This document shows, one piece after another, positions 22,377 to 31,223 of a DNA stretch of 32,000 bases. Source of the DNA: Candidatus Minimicrobia sp. QA0096 (GTDB lineage Bacteria > Patescibacteriota > Saccharimonadia > Saccharimonadales > Saccharimonadaceae); assembly GCF_963967315.1 (NCBI RefSeq), contig NZ_OZ017288.1:240001-272000 (forward strand), written 5' to 3'. The position numbers and the translations under genes were made by a program. The notes under the pieces are model-generated. The model was not told where the DNA came from. It searched no databases and saw only the letters and a program-made list of their open reading frames with translations. The stretch's first letter is position 1. Each line of letters starts with the position of its first letter.

Positions 22377-25300
22377 CACTTTAGAACTACGCACTCTTCA
22401 CCCAGAGTGTTTTTTAATTGGCTCAATAGGTTATCATTAGCATCCACCTTAAACGGCAGACGCATGGCTGATTTCTCTTTCTCGCCCAGTACCAAAACCA
22501 CGTCAGTCGTGCCAGCATTCTCGCCGCAAACAGACTTCATTTTCACTAACCGCGAATGGTCATTTGGGTCTTTAATATACACAAATAACTTTGAAGCGGG
22601 AATTTCTGGCGCAACATTAACAGGTGCCGAATGAGTTTTTGACTGCGGTTTGGCGGCGTCATTCTTTACGGCAGACTTCGGAGAAGCTCCATTTTTCTGA
22701 TTACGATAAGCTTCACGGCGCTCTTTTTTTACAGCAGAGCTAATTTTTGGCGCATCCATTTTACGACCAGTCGACTCATAGCCATTGATATCGTTATCCG
22801 TAATCACAATAATATCATCGGCAATTAGTTTACTTTCATTGCCCAAATTTCCGTCACGATCTCGAGCTGAATTTTTACCAGAAACTCGAATCACCGCGTC
22901 CTGAACCAACTTAGCGCCAACTTTCTCATACAGATTTGGGAAAACAATTATTTCACCCTCGCCGAATTTATCCTCAATTCCCACGAACGCCATTTTCGAA
23001 CCGCTTTTTGTGACAATTGTACGAACGGTGCTAATAATTCCCCCGACCGTCATCATTCGACTATCGTACTCAGGAACTAATTGCGTCAATGGTTGAGTTT
23101 GCTCGCTCAAATACGTTTCATATCTATCAAGTGGATGCGCCGAGATATACAACCCCAACAATTCTCGCTCCCACATCAAGCGCTCTTTATCATCGTGTTT
23201 CACGGGAGCCTTCTGGAGATGAAGAGTCGATTGGACATTCGCCGCATCATCGCCGCCCAACATTCCAAACAAATTGGTCTGTCCACTGGCGGCTTCTTTT
23301 TGGAGCTTGGACGCAAATGACGTAATGGAATCCAGATTGAATAGCAAATCAGATCGATCGCCCATATCATCAAACGCACCAGATTTAATAAGCGACTCCC
23401 AGGCTTTCCTGTTGAACTTGCTGGTTGAAACGCGCCTAGCAAAATCCTCAACTGACGTAAACGGTCCATCTTCGCGCGCTCGCAGAACTTCCTCGACCGC
23501 ACCAATACCAACGCCCTTCACCGCCGACATTCCGAAACGAATTTTATTCTCATTCGGCACCACAGCAAACTCAACGAACGACTCGTTTACATCAGGGCTC
23601 AACACGCTAATTCCCATGTGCTTACATTCAGTAATTTCAATTGCCAGACGATCGGTATCATCATGGTCGCTAGTCATAAGCGCTGCCATAAACGCGTCGG
23701 GATAATGCGCCTTCAAATAAGCCGTCCAATAGGCGATCAAACCATAACAAGCGGCGTGCGACTTATTGAAACAATAGTTAGCGAACTCTTCCAGCTGAGT
23801 CCAGAAAGTTTCCGCAATTTCCTTAGTTGCGCCACCAACTTTAACCGCACCCTCGACGAATTCAGGCTTGACCTTTTTCATCAAGTCAATTTTTTTCTTA
23901 CCAACAGCCTTACGCAACGTGTCAGCCTGACCACCAGTAAATCCACACCATTCCTTAGAAATCTGCATAAACTGCTCCTGATAGACCAAAATTCCATAAG
24001 TATTTTTCAGCGAGTTTTTCATTCCAGAATGCAAATAAGTTATTTCTTCCTCGCCGTGTTTGCGCCTAATAAAGCTGTCAATAAACTGCATCGGGCCCGG
24101 ACGATAAAGAGCCACCATAGCAATAATATCTTCAAACGTAGTCGGCTTCAGTCCGCGCAAATATCGCTTCATTCCCGCCGATTCCAACTGGAACACGCCA
24201 GTCGTATCGCCGCGCTGAAACAGCTCATAAGTCTTTTTATCATCAAGAGGTAGCTCCGAAAGATTAATTTCTTTCTTATAAGCTTTTCGGATAATCCTCA
24301 TGGCGTTATTAATAATCGTAAGGTTCGAAAGCCCCAAAAAGTCCATCTTCAATAGACCCAACTCTTCAACCTCACCCATCGGGAACTGAGTTGCCACCAC
24401 ACCCTTTTGCGCCATTTCAAGCGGAATATAATTAGCCAACATATCTGGCGCAATCACCACGCCACAGGCATGAACGCCGTGGCTACGAATCGTCCCTTCC
24501 AACTGAATTGCATAGTCCAGAACTTCCTTCGCAGTCGGATTATTTTCATATTCATTCCGAAGGTCCGCATCCTCTTTAATACTCACAGACAACGGAATGT
24601 GACGCCCCTGGTTTGGCGGCGGAACTAACTTCGCCAAGCGGTCGCTCTCGGCGTACGGAACCTCCAAAACCCTAGCCACGTCACGCACCGCCATACGGCC
24701 AAACATCTTGCCAAACGTTGCGATATTACTGACGTGATCCTCGCCATATTTTTTCGCACAATATTCAATCACTTCGTCGCGACGCGTATCCTGAATATCG
24801 ACGTCGATGTCGGGCATAGAAATACGATCAGGATTAAGAAATCGCTCAAACAGTAGTCCATATTTCAGCGGATCAAGATCTGTAATGTTCAATGCATACG
24901 CAACAATAGAACCAGCCGCGCTACCACGCCCTGGACCAAAAACAATTCCTTGAGATTTTCCCCAGTTGATAAAATCCTGAACGATCAAGAAATAACCTTC
25001 ATAGCCCATATTTCCCATCACGCCAAGCTCCATCTCAGCGCGCTCACGAACCTCCTCGGATAACTGAGGGATAATCTCGTCAGGATCCAACTTTTCAGCC
25101 TCCTCCTTCGAAGCTCCATTGTAACGTTGTAGCAAACCTTGATATGTCAATCTGAGCAGATACGAATGTTCGTTCTCGCCGTCTGGCAATGGATATTTTG
25201 GAATAAGAATCCGCCCAAGCTCAATCTCAACGTCGCAGCGATCAGCTATTTTTTTCGTGTTGCGAATAACTTCAGGAAATTCCTCGCCCCAGTGATCGAT

Positions 25301-26116
25301 AATATCGCGCGGATCTGTCAAGTGAAGCTCAAAATCCTTCAAGCTCATTCGCTTTTCATCACTAAGATACGAGCCCGTCCCAACGCAAAGCAAAATCTCG
25401 TGCGCGTCTTGATATTCGTGCGTCAAATAGTGACCATCACAAGTCACCACCATTTCAATATCAAGCTCTTTCGAAAGCTTAATCAAGCCTTCGTTGATCT
25501 TCGCCTGCACGTCCCAGTGCGTGTTCGATTTCGGATGTCCGTGATCCTGTAGCTCCAAATAATAGCGATCACCAAAAATTGACTTATACCATTTGGCAAT
25601 CTCACGAGCGCGATCATAATCATCCTCTTTCAGAGCGACGCCAATTTCACCACTTGCGCAACCACTCAGAACAATCAATCCCTCGTTCAACTCCTCCAGC
25701 AAATCATGGTCAATTCGCGGCTTATAATACATTCCCTCCAGATTAGCGCGCGTCGACAACTTCATCAAGTTGTGAAAACCCGTGTTGTTCATCGCCAGCA
25801 CGGTCAAGTGAAAACGCTGCTTGTCCTTGCCCGGATCGCGGTCAAATCGCGAACGAGTCGCCACGTAAGTTTCAATTCCGATAATCGGCTTAATTCCCGC
25901 TTTTTTGGCAGTTTTGTAATAGTCCAGAATGCCGCTCATCGTGCCGTGATCGGTTACGGCGGCAGCCTCCATTCCGAGCTCCTTAACCTTATCAACCAAG
26001 TCATGAATCTTAGTCAATCCGTCCAGCACCGAATGGAAAGTGTGATTATGAAGATGCACGAAATCTGACGGCTTCAAAGCCGCCGACGATGATTGTTCGC
26101 TTTTCCCCTCAGTCAT
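22376..26116 (-). CDS. dnaE: DNA polymerase III alpha subunit
   Basis: PHP domain FVHLHNHTFHSVLDG, polymerase core PGRGSAAGS and ISMPDIDVDI, HhH and OB-fold regions. The start is set at ATG 26116 (MTEGKSEQ). The ORF-track TTG at 26125 overlaps the -10 hexamer. Confidence 0.95.
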   Translation of the reverse strand: MTEGKSEQSSSAALKPSDFVHLHNHTFHSVLDGLTKIHDLVDKVKELGMEAAAVTDHGTMSGILDYYKTAKKAGIKPIIGIETYVATRSRFDRDPGKDKQRFHLTVLAMNNTGFHNLMKLSTRANLEGMYYKPRIDHDLLEELNEGLIVLSGCASGEIGVALKEDDYDRAREIAKWYKSIFGDRYYLELQDHGHPKSNTHWDVQAKINEGLIKLSKELDIEMVVTCDGHYLTHEYQDAHEILLCVGTGSYLSDEKRMSLKDFELHLTDPRDIIDHWGEEFPEVIRNTKKIADRCDVEIELGRILIPKYPLPDGENEHSYLLRLTYQGLLQRYNGASKEEAEKLDPDEIIPQLSEEVRERAEMELGVMGNMGYEGYFLIVQDFINWGKSQGIVFGPGRGSAAGSIVAYALNITDLDPLKYGLLFERFLNPDRISMPDIDVDIQDTRRDEVIEYCAKKYGEDHVSNIATFGKMFGRMAVRDVARVLEVPYAESDRLAKLVPPPNQGRHIPLSVSIKEDADLRNEYENNPTAKEVLDYAIQLEGTIRSHGVHACGVVIAPDMLANYIPLEMAQKGVVATQFPMGEVEELGLLKMDFLGLSNLTIINNAMRIIRKAYKKEINLSELPLDDKKTYELFQRGDTTGVFQLESAGMKRYLRGLKPTTFEDIIAMVALYRPGPMQFIDSFIRRKHGEEEITYLHSGMKNSLKNTYGILVYQEQFMQISKEWCGFTGGQADTLRKAVGKKKIDLMKKVKPEFVEGAVKVGGATKEIAETFWTQLEEFANYCFNKSHAACYGLIAYWTAYLKAHYPDAFMAALMTSDHDDTDRLAIEITECKHMGISVLSPDVNESFVEFAVVPNENKIRFGMSAVKGVGIGAVEEVLRAREDGPFTSVEDFARRVSTSKFNRKAWESLIKSGAFDDMGDRSDLLFNLDSITSFASKLQKEAASGQTNLFGMLGGDDAANVQSTLHLQKAPVKHDDKERLMWERELLGLYISAHPLDRYETYLSEQTQPLTQLVPEYDSRMMTVGGIISTVRTIVTKSGSKMAFVGIEDKFGEGEIIVFPNLYEKVGAKLVQDAVIRVSGKNSARDRDGNLGNESKLIADDIIVITDNDINGYESTGRKMDAPKISSAVKKERREAYRNQKNGASPKSAVKNDAAKPQSKTHSAPVNVAPEIPASKLFVYIKDPNDHSRLVKMKSVCGENAGTTDVVLVLGEKEKSAMRLPFKVDANDNLLSQLKNTLGEECVVLK

Positions 26117-26124
26117 TAATAACA

Positions 26125-26133
26125 ATTATAGCA
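26125..26133 (-). promoter_or_regulatory. Extended -10 (TGcTATAAT) 8 nt before the dnaE ATG, immediately after the upstream gene's stop codon
   Basis: The minus strand reads TAG(stop, 26138-26136)cgTGcTATAATtgttattaATG. Confidence 0.45.
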
Positions 26134-26135
26134 CG

Positions 26136-26432
26136 CTATTGACGACGTTGCATTGTCTCAATTAAGTGGTTGATAAAATCAGCCAACGGCGGAAAAATGT
26201 CGGCAAATTGCCCCAAAATCCAAATCAATATCGCGATCAATAATGTCGCACCCAAAGCACTTCCAAGGCCAAAGAAAATTCCGCGAACAAAATTCACCCA
26301 GTAAACCTGATGGCGAGATTTATGAAAATCAAAAAACAAATCCTCCAAAATCGCCCGACGAGCACCGTTTTCGTTATCACGAACGACTTTTTTTGCCAAC
26401 TTATTTGACTGTTCTTTGGCTGACTTTTTCAC
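26136..26432 (-). CDS. Small membrane protein (98 aa), DUF5665-like
   Basis: GTG start with AAGG 9 nt upstream. The block ILEDLFFDFHKSRHQVYWVNFVRGIFFGLGSALGATLLIAILIWILGQF resembles the DUF5665 family as I remember it. The family call is unverified. Confidence 0.65.
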   Translation of the reverse strand: MKKSAKEQSNKLAKKVVRDNENGARRAILEDLFFDFHKSRHQVYWVNFVRGIFFGLGSALGATLLIAILIWILGQFADIFPPLADFINHLIETMQRRQ

Positions 26433-26688
26433 TCTTTTTTACCTTCTTCTTTGAGAAAAATTTCGAGAAAAATCCGCTCTTTGAAGCGAAGCTTTTGGCT
26501 AGTTCTACGCCAATTGAAACCGTACTCACAATTCCATTCAGACTAGCAATTCGCTGGCTTATTGCCTCCACGTTCTGCTGGGTTTGGCGAATTTGGCGCG
26601 TTAATTTGATGATGGAAATTGTCATAGCGATCATCATGATGACAAAAATCACCATCAAAATCACTAATATAATAAGCAATCCGTTCAT
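26401..26688 (-). CDS. Small membrane-anchored coiled-coil protein (95 aa), possibly DUF948-like
   Basis: N-terminal TM (LLIILVILMVIFVIMMIAMTISII), then a helical segment (LTRQIRQTQQNVEAISQRIASLNGIV) and a Lys-rich tail. It overlaps the next gene by 32 nt. Confidence 0.6.
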   Translation of the reverse strand: MNGLLIILVILMVIFVIMMIAMTISIIKLTRQIRQTQQNVEAISQRIASLNGIVSTVSIGVELAKSFASKSGFFSKFFSKKKVKKSEKVSQRTVK

Positions 26689-26695
26689 GTTATTT

Positions 26696-26701
26696 ATTAT
26701 A
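26696..26701 (-). promoter_or_regulatory. TATAAT hexamer 7 nt before the ATG at 26688, directly after the galU stop codon
   Basis: The minus strand reads TAA(galU stop)tgTATAATaaataacATG. Confidence 0.4.
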
Positions 26702-26703
26702 CA

Positions 26704-27597
26704 TTATTTTAGACGATCCGTCAGATGGGCGCGCAATTTATCACCAAAGTTAGGATCACGCAATCCAAAGTCAATCACCGTCTTCAAATATTCCAATTTA
26801 TCGCCAGTGTCATAATAAGTGCCGTTCGTAATCTCTACGCCATAGAAATCAAATCCGTCGTCAATCATTTGTTGCATAATTGGCTGAATTGTAAACTCGC
26901 CGTTGCCGTCAAATTCTTCCTTGGCTTTGTCTAGATAGCCGAAAATCTCGCCCGGAAGTAAATAGCTACTGACACTCGCCAAATCAGAAGGCGCGTTCTC
27001 CTTGCCCGGCTTTTCAACGATATTCGTCATTTTTATAACGCCATCTTTCACTCCTTGACCGTTGATAACTCCATAACGATCAAATTCCGCATCATCAGTT
27101 ATCTTCTTACATGACAGAACCGCTCCATCTAGATTTTCTGATGCCTCGATCATCTGCTTGAAACGACTTGGACTAGCCGCAATAAAGTCATCCGCAAATG
27201 TGTAAATCACAGGCTCATCATGATGAATCAAATGCGAGGCGCAGGCCAAAGGTGTTGCGTTGCCGTACGGGCCCTTCTGGCGGATATAAATAAAGTTTGC
27301 CATCTCAGCCAAATTCTGCACCTCGTCAATGAACGGCTGTTTTTTAGGACCGCCAGCACGCAAATTAGCCAAAAGCTCTTCATTCGGCTCGTCAAAATGA
27401 TCCTCGATTGCTCGCTTATTCGCGCTACCGATAATAATGATATCTTTAATGCCAGCCTCAACTAATTCCTCGACGACGTATTGAATAATCGGCTTATCAA
27501 TCAGCGGCAGCATCTCCTTTGGCATGGCTTTAGTTTGTGGCAAAAATCGTGTACCAAAACCGGCAGCGGCGATGATAGCTTTAGTTGGTTTTCTCAT
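26704..27597 (-). CDS. galU: UTP--glucose-1-phosphate uridylyltransferase
   Basis: 297-aa ORF. N-terminal signature AAGFGTRFLPQTKAMPKEMLPLIDKPIIQYVVEE. AGGAG SD lies 7 nt upstream. Confidence 0.9.
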   Translation of the reverse strand: MRKPTKAIIAAAGFGTRFLPQTKAMPKEMLPLIDKPIIQYVVEELVEAGIKDIIIIGSANKRAIEDHFDEPNEELLANLRAGGPKKQPFIDEVQNLAEMANFIYIRQKGPYGNATPLACASHLIHHDEPVIYTFADDFIAASPSRFKQMIEASENLDGAVLSCKKITDDAEFDRYGVINGQGVKDGVIKMTNIVEKPGKENAPSDLASVSSYLLPGEIFGYLDKAKEEFDGNGEFTIQPIMQQMIDDGFDFYGVEITNGTYYDTGDKLEYLKTVIDFGLRDPNFGDKLRAHLTDRLK

Positions 27598-27631
27598 ATT
27601 TCAGCTCCTATTCCCTATTATTTCAGCAATT

Positions 27632-29080
27632 CTAAAGTCTTTCGCGAATCAGTTTCTGAGCAAGGCTTGGATTAGCTTGACCCTTAGACTTCTTCATGAC
27701 TTGACCAACCAAATAGCCAATAGCCTTATCTTTTCCAGCCTTAATGTCTGCAATTGACGCCGCCGAAGCTGGATCGCTCAGAACTTCGTCAACGATTGCA
27801 GCAATCGCCGATTCATCAGAAACCTGTAATAAATTCTTCTCCTCAGCAAGCTTACGTGGATTTGTCGCGCCAGCCAGAAGCTCATTGAACAGTTCCTTTG
27901 CATTCGTGCTGGAAACTTCAGACTTCTCTGTCATTTCAGCCAATTCTATCAAATCGTCAACCGCCACACGTATAGATTCATTGTCCATTTGCGCGTCACT
28001 TTCGTCAGAAGCCGTCAATGCGCTCGCAAACCAATGCGCGACTCGCTTAGCGGAAGCCTCACCAGACTTTTCCTGAACTTCCAATGTAATCTGAGCATAA
28101 TCCTGGTTAGACAAAAGCGAATTGATAACAGATTTATCCAAGTTCAGCGCGCTCCATTTTTCCCTATATTCACCCGGAAGCATCGGCACTTTGGACTGAA
28201 TTTCAGTAATCACCTCGTCAGTCAGCACAACTGGCGGAATATCTGGGTCTGGCATATAGCGATAATCCTGCGCGTCTTCCTTTGACCTCTGAGAAATAGT
28301 TATTTGCTTGTCATCATTCCAACCTCTGGTTTCCTGAACAACTTCTTCGCCACGTTCCAAAATATCGACTTGACGCTTGAACTCATACTCAGCAGCCCTT
28401 TCAACGCTGCGGAAGGAATTGAGATTCTTAATTTCTGCGCGCTTTCCAAGCTCTGTTGCGCCCTTCTTTGCTACTGAAATATTAACGTCAAATCGCATAT
28501 TTCCGTGGTACAAATTACCATAAGTCACGCCCGCATAAACCATCAATTTATGAAGTTCCGAAACGTAAGCTTTAGCCTCCTCAGCCGAATGCATATCCGG
28601 CTCAGAAACAATCTCAATCAACGGCGTGCCAGCACGGTTAAGATCGACCAACGAATAGCCGTCGTGATGCGTTAACTTACCAGCATCTTCCTCCATGTGA
28701 GCATGATGGATTCGCACGCGTTTCAAAGAACCATCTTCCAATGGCGCATCGACATATCCAGCCAAAATAATCGGATTATACATCTGTGAAGTCTGATAGC
28801 CCTTTGGTAAATCTGGATAAAAATAATGCTTTCGATCAAATCGGCTAACGTGCGCAATCGGCGAATTCAAGGCTTTTCCAGCGAGAACCGCCAACTCAAC
28901 AGCGTGTTTATTCAAAACCGGCAACATCCCCGGCAAACCAAAATCAATCTGATGCGTCTTAGTATTCGGCTCAGCGTCGCGAGCGTCATTGTCGGCCGGA
29001 CTAAATAGCTTGGTTTTCGTCGCTAGCTGAACGTGACATTCGATACCAATTGTCATTTCATAATCGTCATATACACTCAT
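27632..29080 (-). CDS. gatB: Asp/Glu-tRNA(Asn/Gln) amidotransferase subunit B
   Basis: 482-aa ORF. EMTIGIECHVQLATKTKLFS N-terminus, a GatB/E catalytic core, and a C-terminal YqeY-like domain (KAIGYLVGQVMKKSKGQANP). Confidence 0.95.
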   Translation of the reverse strand: MSVYDDYEMTIGIECHVQLATKTKLFSPADNDARDAEPNTKTHQIDFGLPGMLPVLNKHAVELAVLAGKALNSPIAHVSRFDRKHYFYPDLPKGYQTSQMYNPIILAGYVDAPLEDGSLKRVRIHHAHMEEDAGKLTHHDGYSLVDLNRAGTPLIEIVSEPDMHSAEEAKAYVSELHKLMVYAGVTYGNLYHGNMRFDVNISVAKKGATELGKRAEIKNLNSFRSVERAAEYEFKRQVDILERGEEVVQETRGWNDDKQITISQRSKEDAQDYRYMPDPDIPPVVLTDEVITEIQSKVPMLPGEYREKWSALNLDKSVINSLLSNQDYAQITLEVQEKSGEASAKRVAHWFASALTASDESDAQMDNESIRVAVDDLIELAEMTEKSEVSSTNAKELFNELLAGATNPRKLAEEKNLLQVSDESAIAAIVDEVLSDPASAASIADIKAGKDKAIGYLVGQVMKKSKGQANPSLAQKLIRERL

Positions 29081-29502
29081 TATAATGCTCCCAAATCTTT
29101 TAATGCCTGTTCAAAACTCGCCATAGCTCGACGAAAACTCTGCGCCGTTACCGTTACACTGGTTTCGTGGGCAATTTGATTACGCAATTTATGCGCCGCC
29201 CAAAGCCCATTTTCATCGCTCCAATATCCCTTGCGAGATTTCATACGTTCGCCCATCGTTTCGCCAGCCACGCCGCAGTCGCGCATAGCTTTGTCCAGCA
29301 ATTTGTCCGCCTTCATTATCGCCATCTGCATACTTTCCGATTTTCTGGTTTCGACATTGCGCAAAATTTGCCGCCAAACCCTCTGGTACATTTCTTTGTC
29401 AATTTGACCGCGACCACGAGAAGTCAATTGAATGAAAATCATCAGCAAGGCGCCGATAATCAACGCCGCAACAACTATCGCAACCATCAATCCATCCATC
29501 AA
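29080..29502 (-). CDS. Small membrane-anchored helical protein with an R-N-x3-H (HEPN-like) motif; function unknown
   Basis: 140-aa ORF. N-terminal TM (MVAIVVAALIIGALLMIFIQL), then ~110 aa predicted helical. AHKLRNQIAHE has R107..H112 encoded at 29167-29184. It overlaps gatA by 4 nt and gatB by 1 nt. Confidence 0.75.
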   Translation of the reverse strand: MMDGLMVAIVVAALIIGALLMIFIQLTSRGRGQIDKEMYQRVWRQILRNVETRKSESMQMAIMKADKLLDKAMRDCGVAGETMGERMKSRKGYWSDENGLWAAHKLRNQIAHETSVTVTAQSFRRAMASFEQALKDLGAL

Positions 29503-30869
29503 ATCTTCTCCACTTCCGAAACTAGCTTCAGCAAGTTCTTGTCCGACTTGTAATCGCCAATAAGCTGCACGCCAATTGGCAAACCTTCATCACTATTTCC
29601 AGCTGGCGCGGCAACTGCAGGAAGTCCAGCCAAACTTGCTGGCACAGTCATAATGTCCGCCAAATACATTTTTATCGGATCGCTAGCATTCTCCCCAATC
29701 TTAAACGCAGGAGTTGGCGCAACCGGCATCAATAGCGCGTCATATCTGGTAAATAACTTCTTAAATTCGTCAATAAGCAGCGTCCTGGCTTTTTGAGCCT
29801 GCATATAATAAGCATCGAAAAATCCGCTTGACAATACAAAACTTCCTATCATGATTCGTCGCTTATTCTCAGTCATAAATCCTTCATTTCGACTACGACC
29901 ATAAAGTTCCGCCAAAGTTTTCACTTCCGCCGCTCGATGACCATATCGCACACCGTCATATCGCGCCAAATTTGAGGACAATTCCGCCGGCACAATTATG
30001 TAATACATCGCCAGAGAATGTTGCATCATGCTCAAATCTACTTCCTCGATTTCGTAACCAAGCTGCTTCAATTTCTCCGCATAATCAAGCGTTTTTTGGC
30101 GAACTTCCGCGTCCACGTCGTCGGTCATACACTGCTTGACTAGACCTATCTTTTTCTTTGCGAATTCTGGCTGATTATTCCAAAAATCAGGCAAAGTCGT
30201 CATATCTTTATCATCGCGACCAGCCATAATTTCCATCACCAAATCAGTATCTTCTGCGTTCGTAGCAAAACAACCAATTGTGTCCGTACTTGACGCCATC
30301 GCTACTACGCCATAACGGCTAACCGCCCCATAAGTCGGCTTAATTCCAACCACTCCGTTAAAGCTGGCTGGCTGACGAATCGAACCACCAGTATCCGTAC
30401 CAAGCGCAAACGGAACCACGTCAAGCGCCGTGACTACCGCCGATCCACCAGATGATCCGCCAGCAACTCGCGTTTTATCAGCAGCATTCTTGGTTGGACC
30501 AAATGCCGAGTTTTCCGTCGAACCACCGTGTGCAAAAGCATCCAAGTTCGCCTTACCGATGAAAATCGCACCTTCAGCTTCCAATTTCTCAACAGCCGTC
30601 GCCTGTAATGGCGCATTAAAGTTTTCTAGCATTTTTGAAGCGGCAGTCGTTGGCGCACCAAACGCCAAAAAATTGTCCTTCACAACAAATGGCACGCCCG
30701 CCAATCGCCCAGAAATCTCGCCAGCATCAACTTTTTCTGCTCGCTCCAGTGCACGCTCTTCCGTCAAGCTAAGCAGCGCATTATACTCCCCAATTTCACG
30801 CGCTCGTCGTAATACTTCTTTTACATTCTCAACTGCGCTCTTGCCGATAAAATCACTAATCTCACTCAT
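29499..30869 (-). CDS. gatA: Glu-tRNA(Gln) amidotransferase subunit A
   Basis: 456-aa ORF. Amidase signature GGSSGGSAVV and catalytic context GTDTGGSIRQPASFNG. Confidence 0.95.
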   Translation of the reverse strand: MSEISDFIGKSAVENVKEVLRRAREIGEYNALLSLTEERALERAEKVDAGEISGRLAGVPFVVKDNFLAFGAPTTAASKMLENFNAPLQATAVEKLEAEGAIFIGKANLDAFAHGGSTENSAFGPTKNAADKTRVAGGSSGGSAVVTALDVVPFALGTDTGGSIRQPASFNGVVGIKPTYGAVSRYGVVAMASSTDTIGCFATNAEDTDLVMEIMAGRDDKDMTTLPDFWNNQPEFAKKKIGLVKQCMTDDVDAEVRQKTLDYAEKLKQLGYEIEEVDLSMMQHSLAMYYIIVPAELSSNLARYDGVRYGHRAAEVKTLAELYGRSRNEGFMTENKRRIMIGSFVLSSGFFDAYYMQAQKARTLLIDEFKKLFTRYDALLMPVAPTPAFKIGENASDPIKMYLADIMTVPASLAGLPAVAAPAGNSDEGLPIGVQLIGDYKSDKNLLKLVSEVEKI

Positions 30870-31156
30870 TACAATACCTGCGGAACTTTCACTTGGTTAT
30901 TCTGTTTTTCCGGCGCCAAATCGAGCAGGCTCTCAACAGAAATCCCCACTTGAACTTCATCTTCGCGCCACACATTGCTCAGCCCCGTAACCTGATAAGT
31001 CGGCTCAACACCCGACACGTCAAGCTCACTCAACTGCTCAATGTAGCCAATTATATTTTCCAAATCTTGGCGCAGTCCGTCGGTTTCGTCATCAGTTAAT
31101 GCCAGACTACTCAAACTCGCCAAGTGCTGAATATCGCTGGTAGAAATAGTTATCAT
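30869..31156 (-). CDS. gatC: Asp/Glu-tRNA(Asn/Gln) amidotransferase subunit C
   Basis: 95-aa ORF directly upstream of gatA with a 1-nt overlap. Typical GatC pattern ..HLASLSSLALTDDE..L..DL..I..YIEQL.ELDV.GVEPT. Confidence 0.9.
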   Translation of the reverse strand: MITISTSDIQHLASLSSLALTDDETDGLRQDLENIIGYIEQLSELDVSGVEPTYQVTGLSNVWREDEVQVGISVESLLDLAPEKQNNQVKVPQVL

Positions 31157-31162
31157 ATCAAT

Positions 31163-31171
31163 ATTATACCA
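31163..31171 (-). promoter_or_regulatory. Extended -10 (TGgTATAAT) 6 nt before the gatC ATG (31156); predicted leaderless gatCAB transcript
   Basis: The minus strand reads TTTTTTTagTGgTATAATattgatATG, immediately after the upstream terminator. Confidence 0.55.
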
Positions 31172-31173
31172 CT

Positions 31174-31202
31174 AAAAAAAGCCGCCCACTAAAATGAGCG
31201 AC
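31174..31202 (-). terminator. Rho-independent terminator of the upstream membrane-protein gene
   Basis: On the minus strand: GUCGCUCA-uuuuag-UGGGCGGC (8 bp with G-U pairs; plus 31181-31202), followed by U7 (31180-31174). Confidence 0.7.
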
Positions 31203-31223
31203 TTTATTCTTCTCTGGGTTTTA

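Noticed and set aside
23618-24253. 211-aa plus-strand ORF, plus other plus-strand ORFs at 23274-23705, 25139-25552 and 25706-26068, inside dnaE
   Set aside because: These are antisense shadow ORFs within a strongly supported dnaE coding region. They have no start-site signals and no recognisable motifs.
26434-26440. A_AAA_AAG slippery heptamer (minus strand), in frame within the 95-aa gene and just before the overlapping 98-aa gene, as a possible programmed frameshift fusing the two
   Set aside because: A -1 slip reads GAG TGA and terminates immediately. The downstream gene is in the +1 frame and has its own GTG start with an AAGG RBS. The two products look like independent small membrane proteins.
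26243-26815. 190-aa plus-strand ORF spanning three minus-strand genes
   Set aside because: It runs antisense across two small membrane-protein genes and the galU 3' end. The minus-strand genes have coherent TM/coiled-coil or enzyme motifs and proper start signals, and this frame has none.
30430-30990. 186-aa plus-strand ORF across gatA/gatC, with similar antisense ORFs at 6614-7102, 8580-9059, 8698-9066, 9435-9839, 15510-16040 and 4966-5325
   Set aside because: All lie antisense to genes with unmistakable family motifs (gatA, clpC, nusA, radA, the membrane protein). They are shadow frames.
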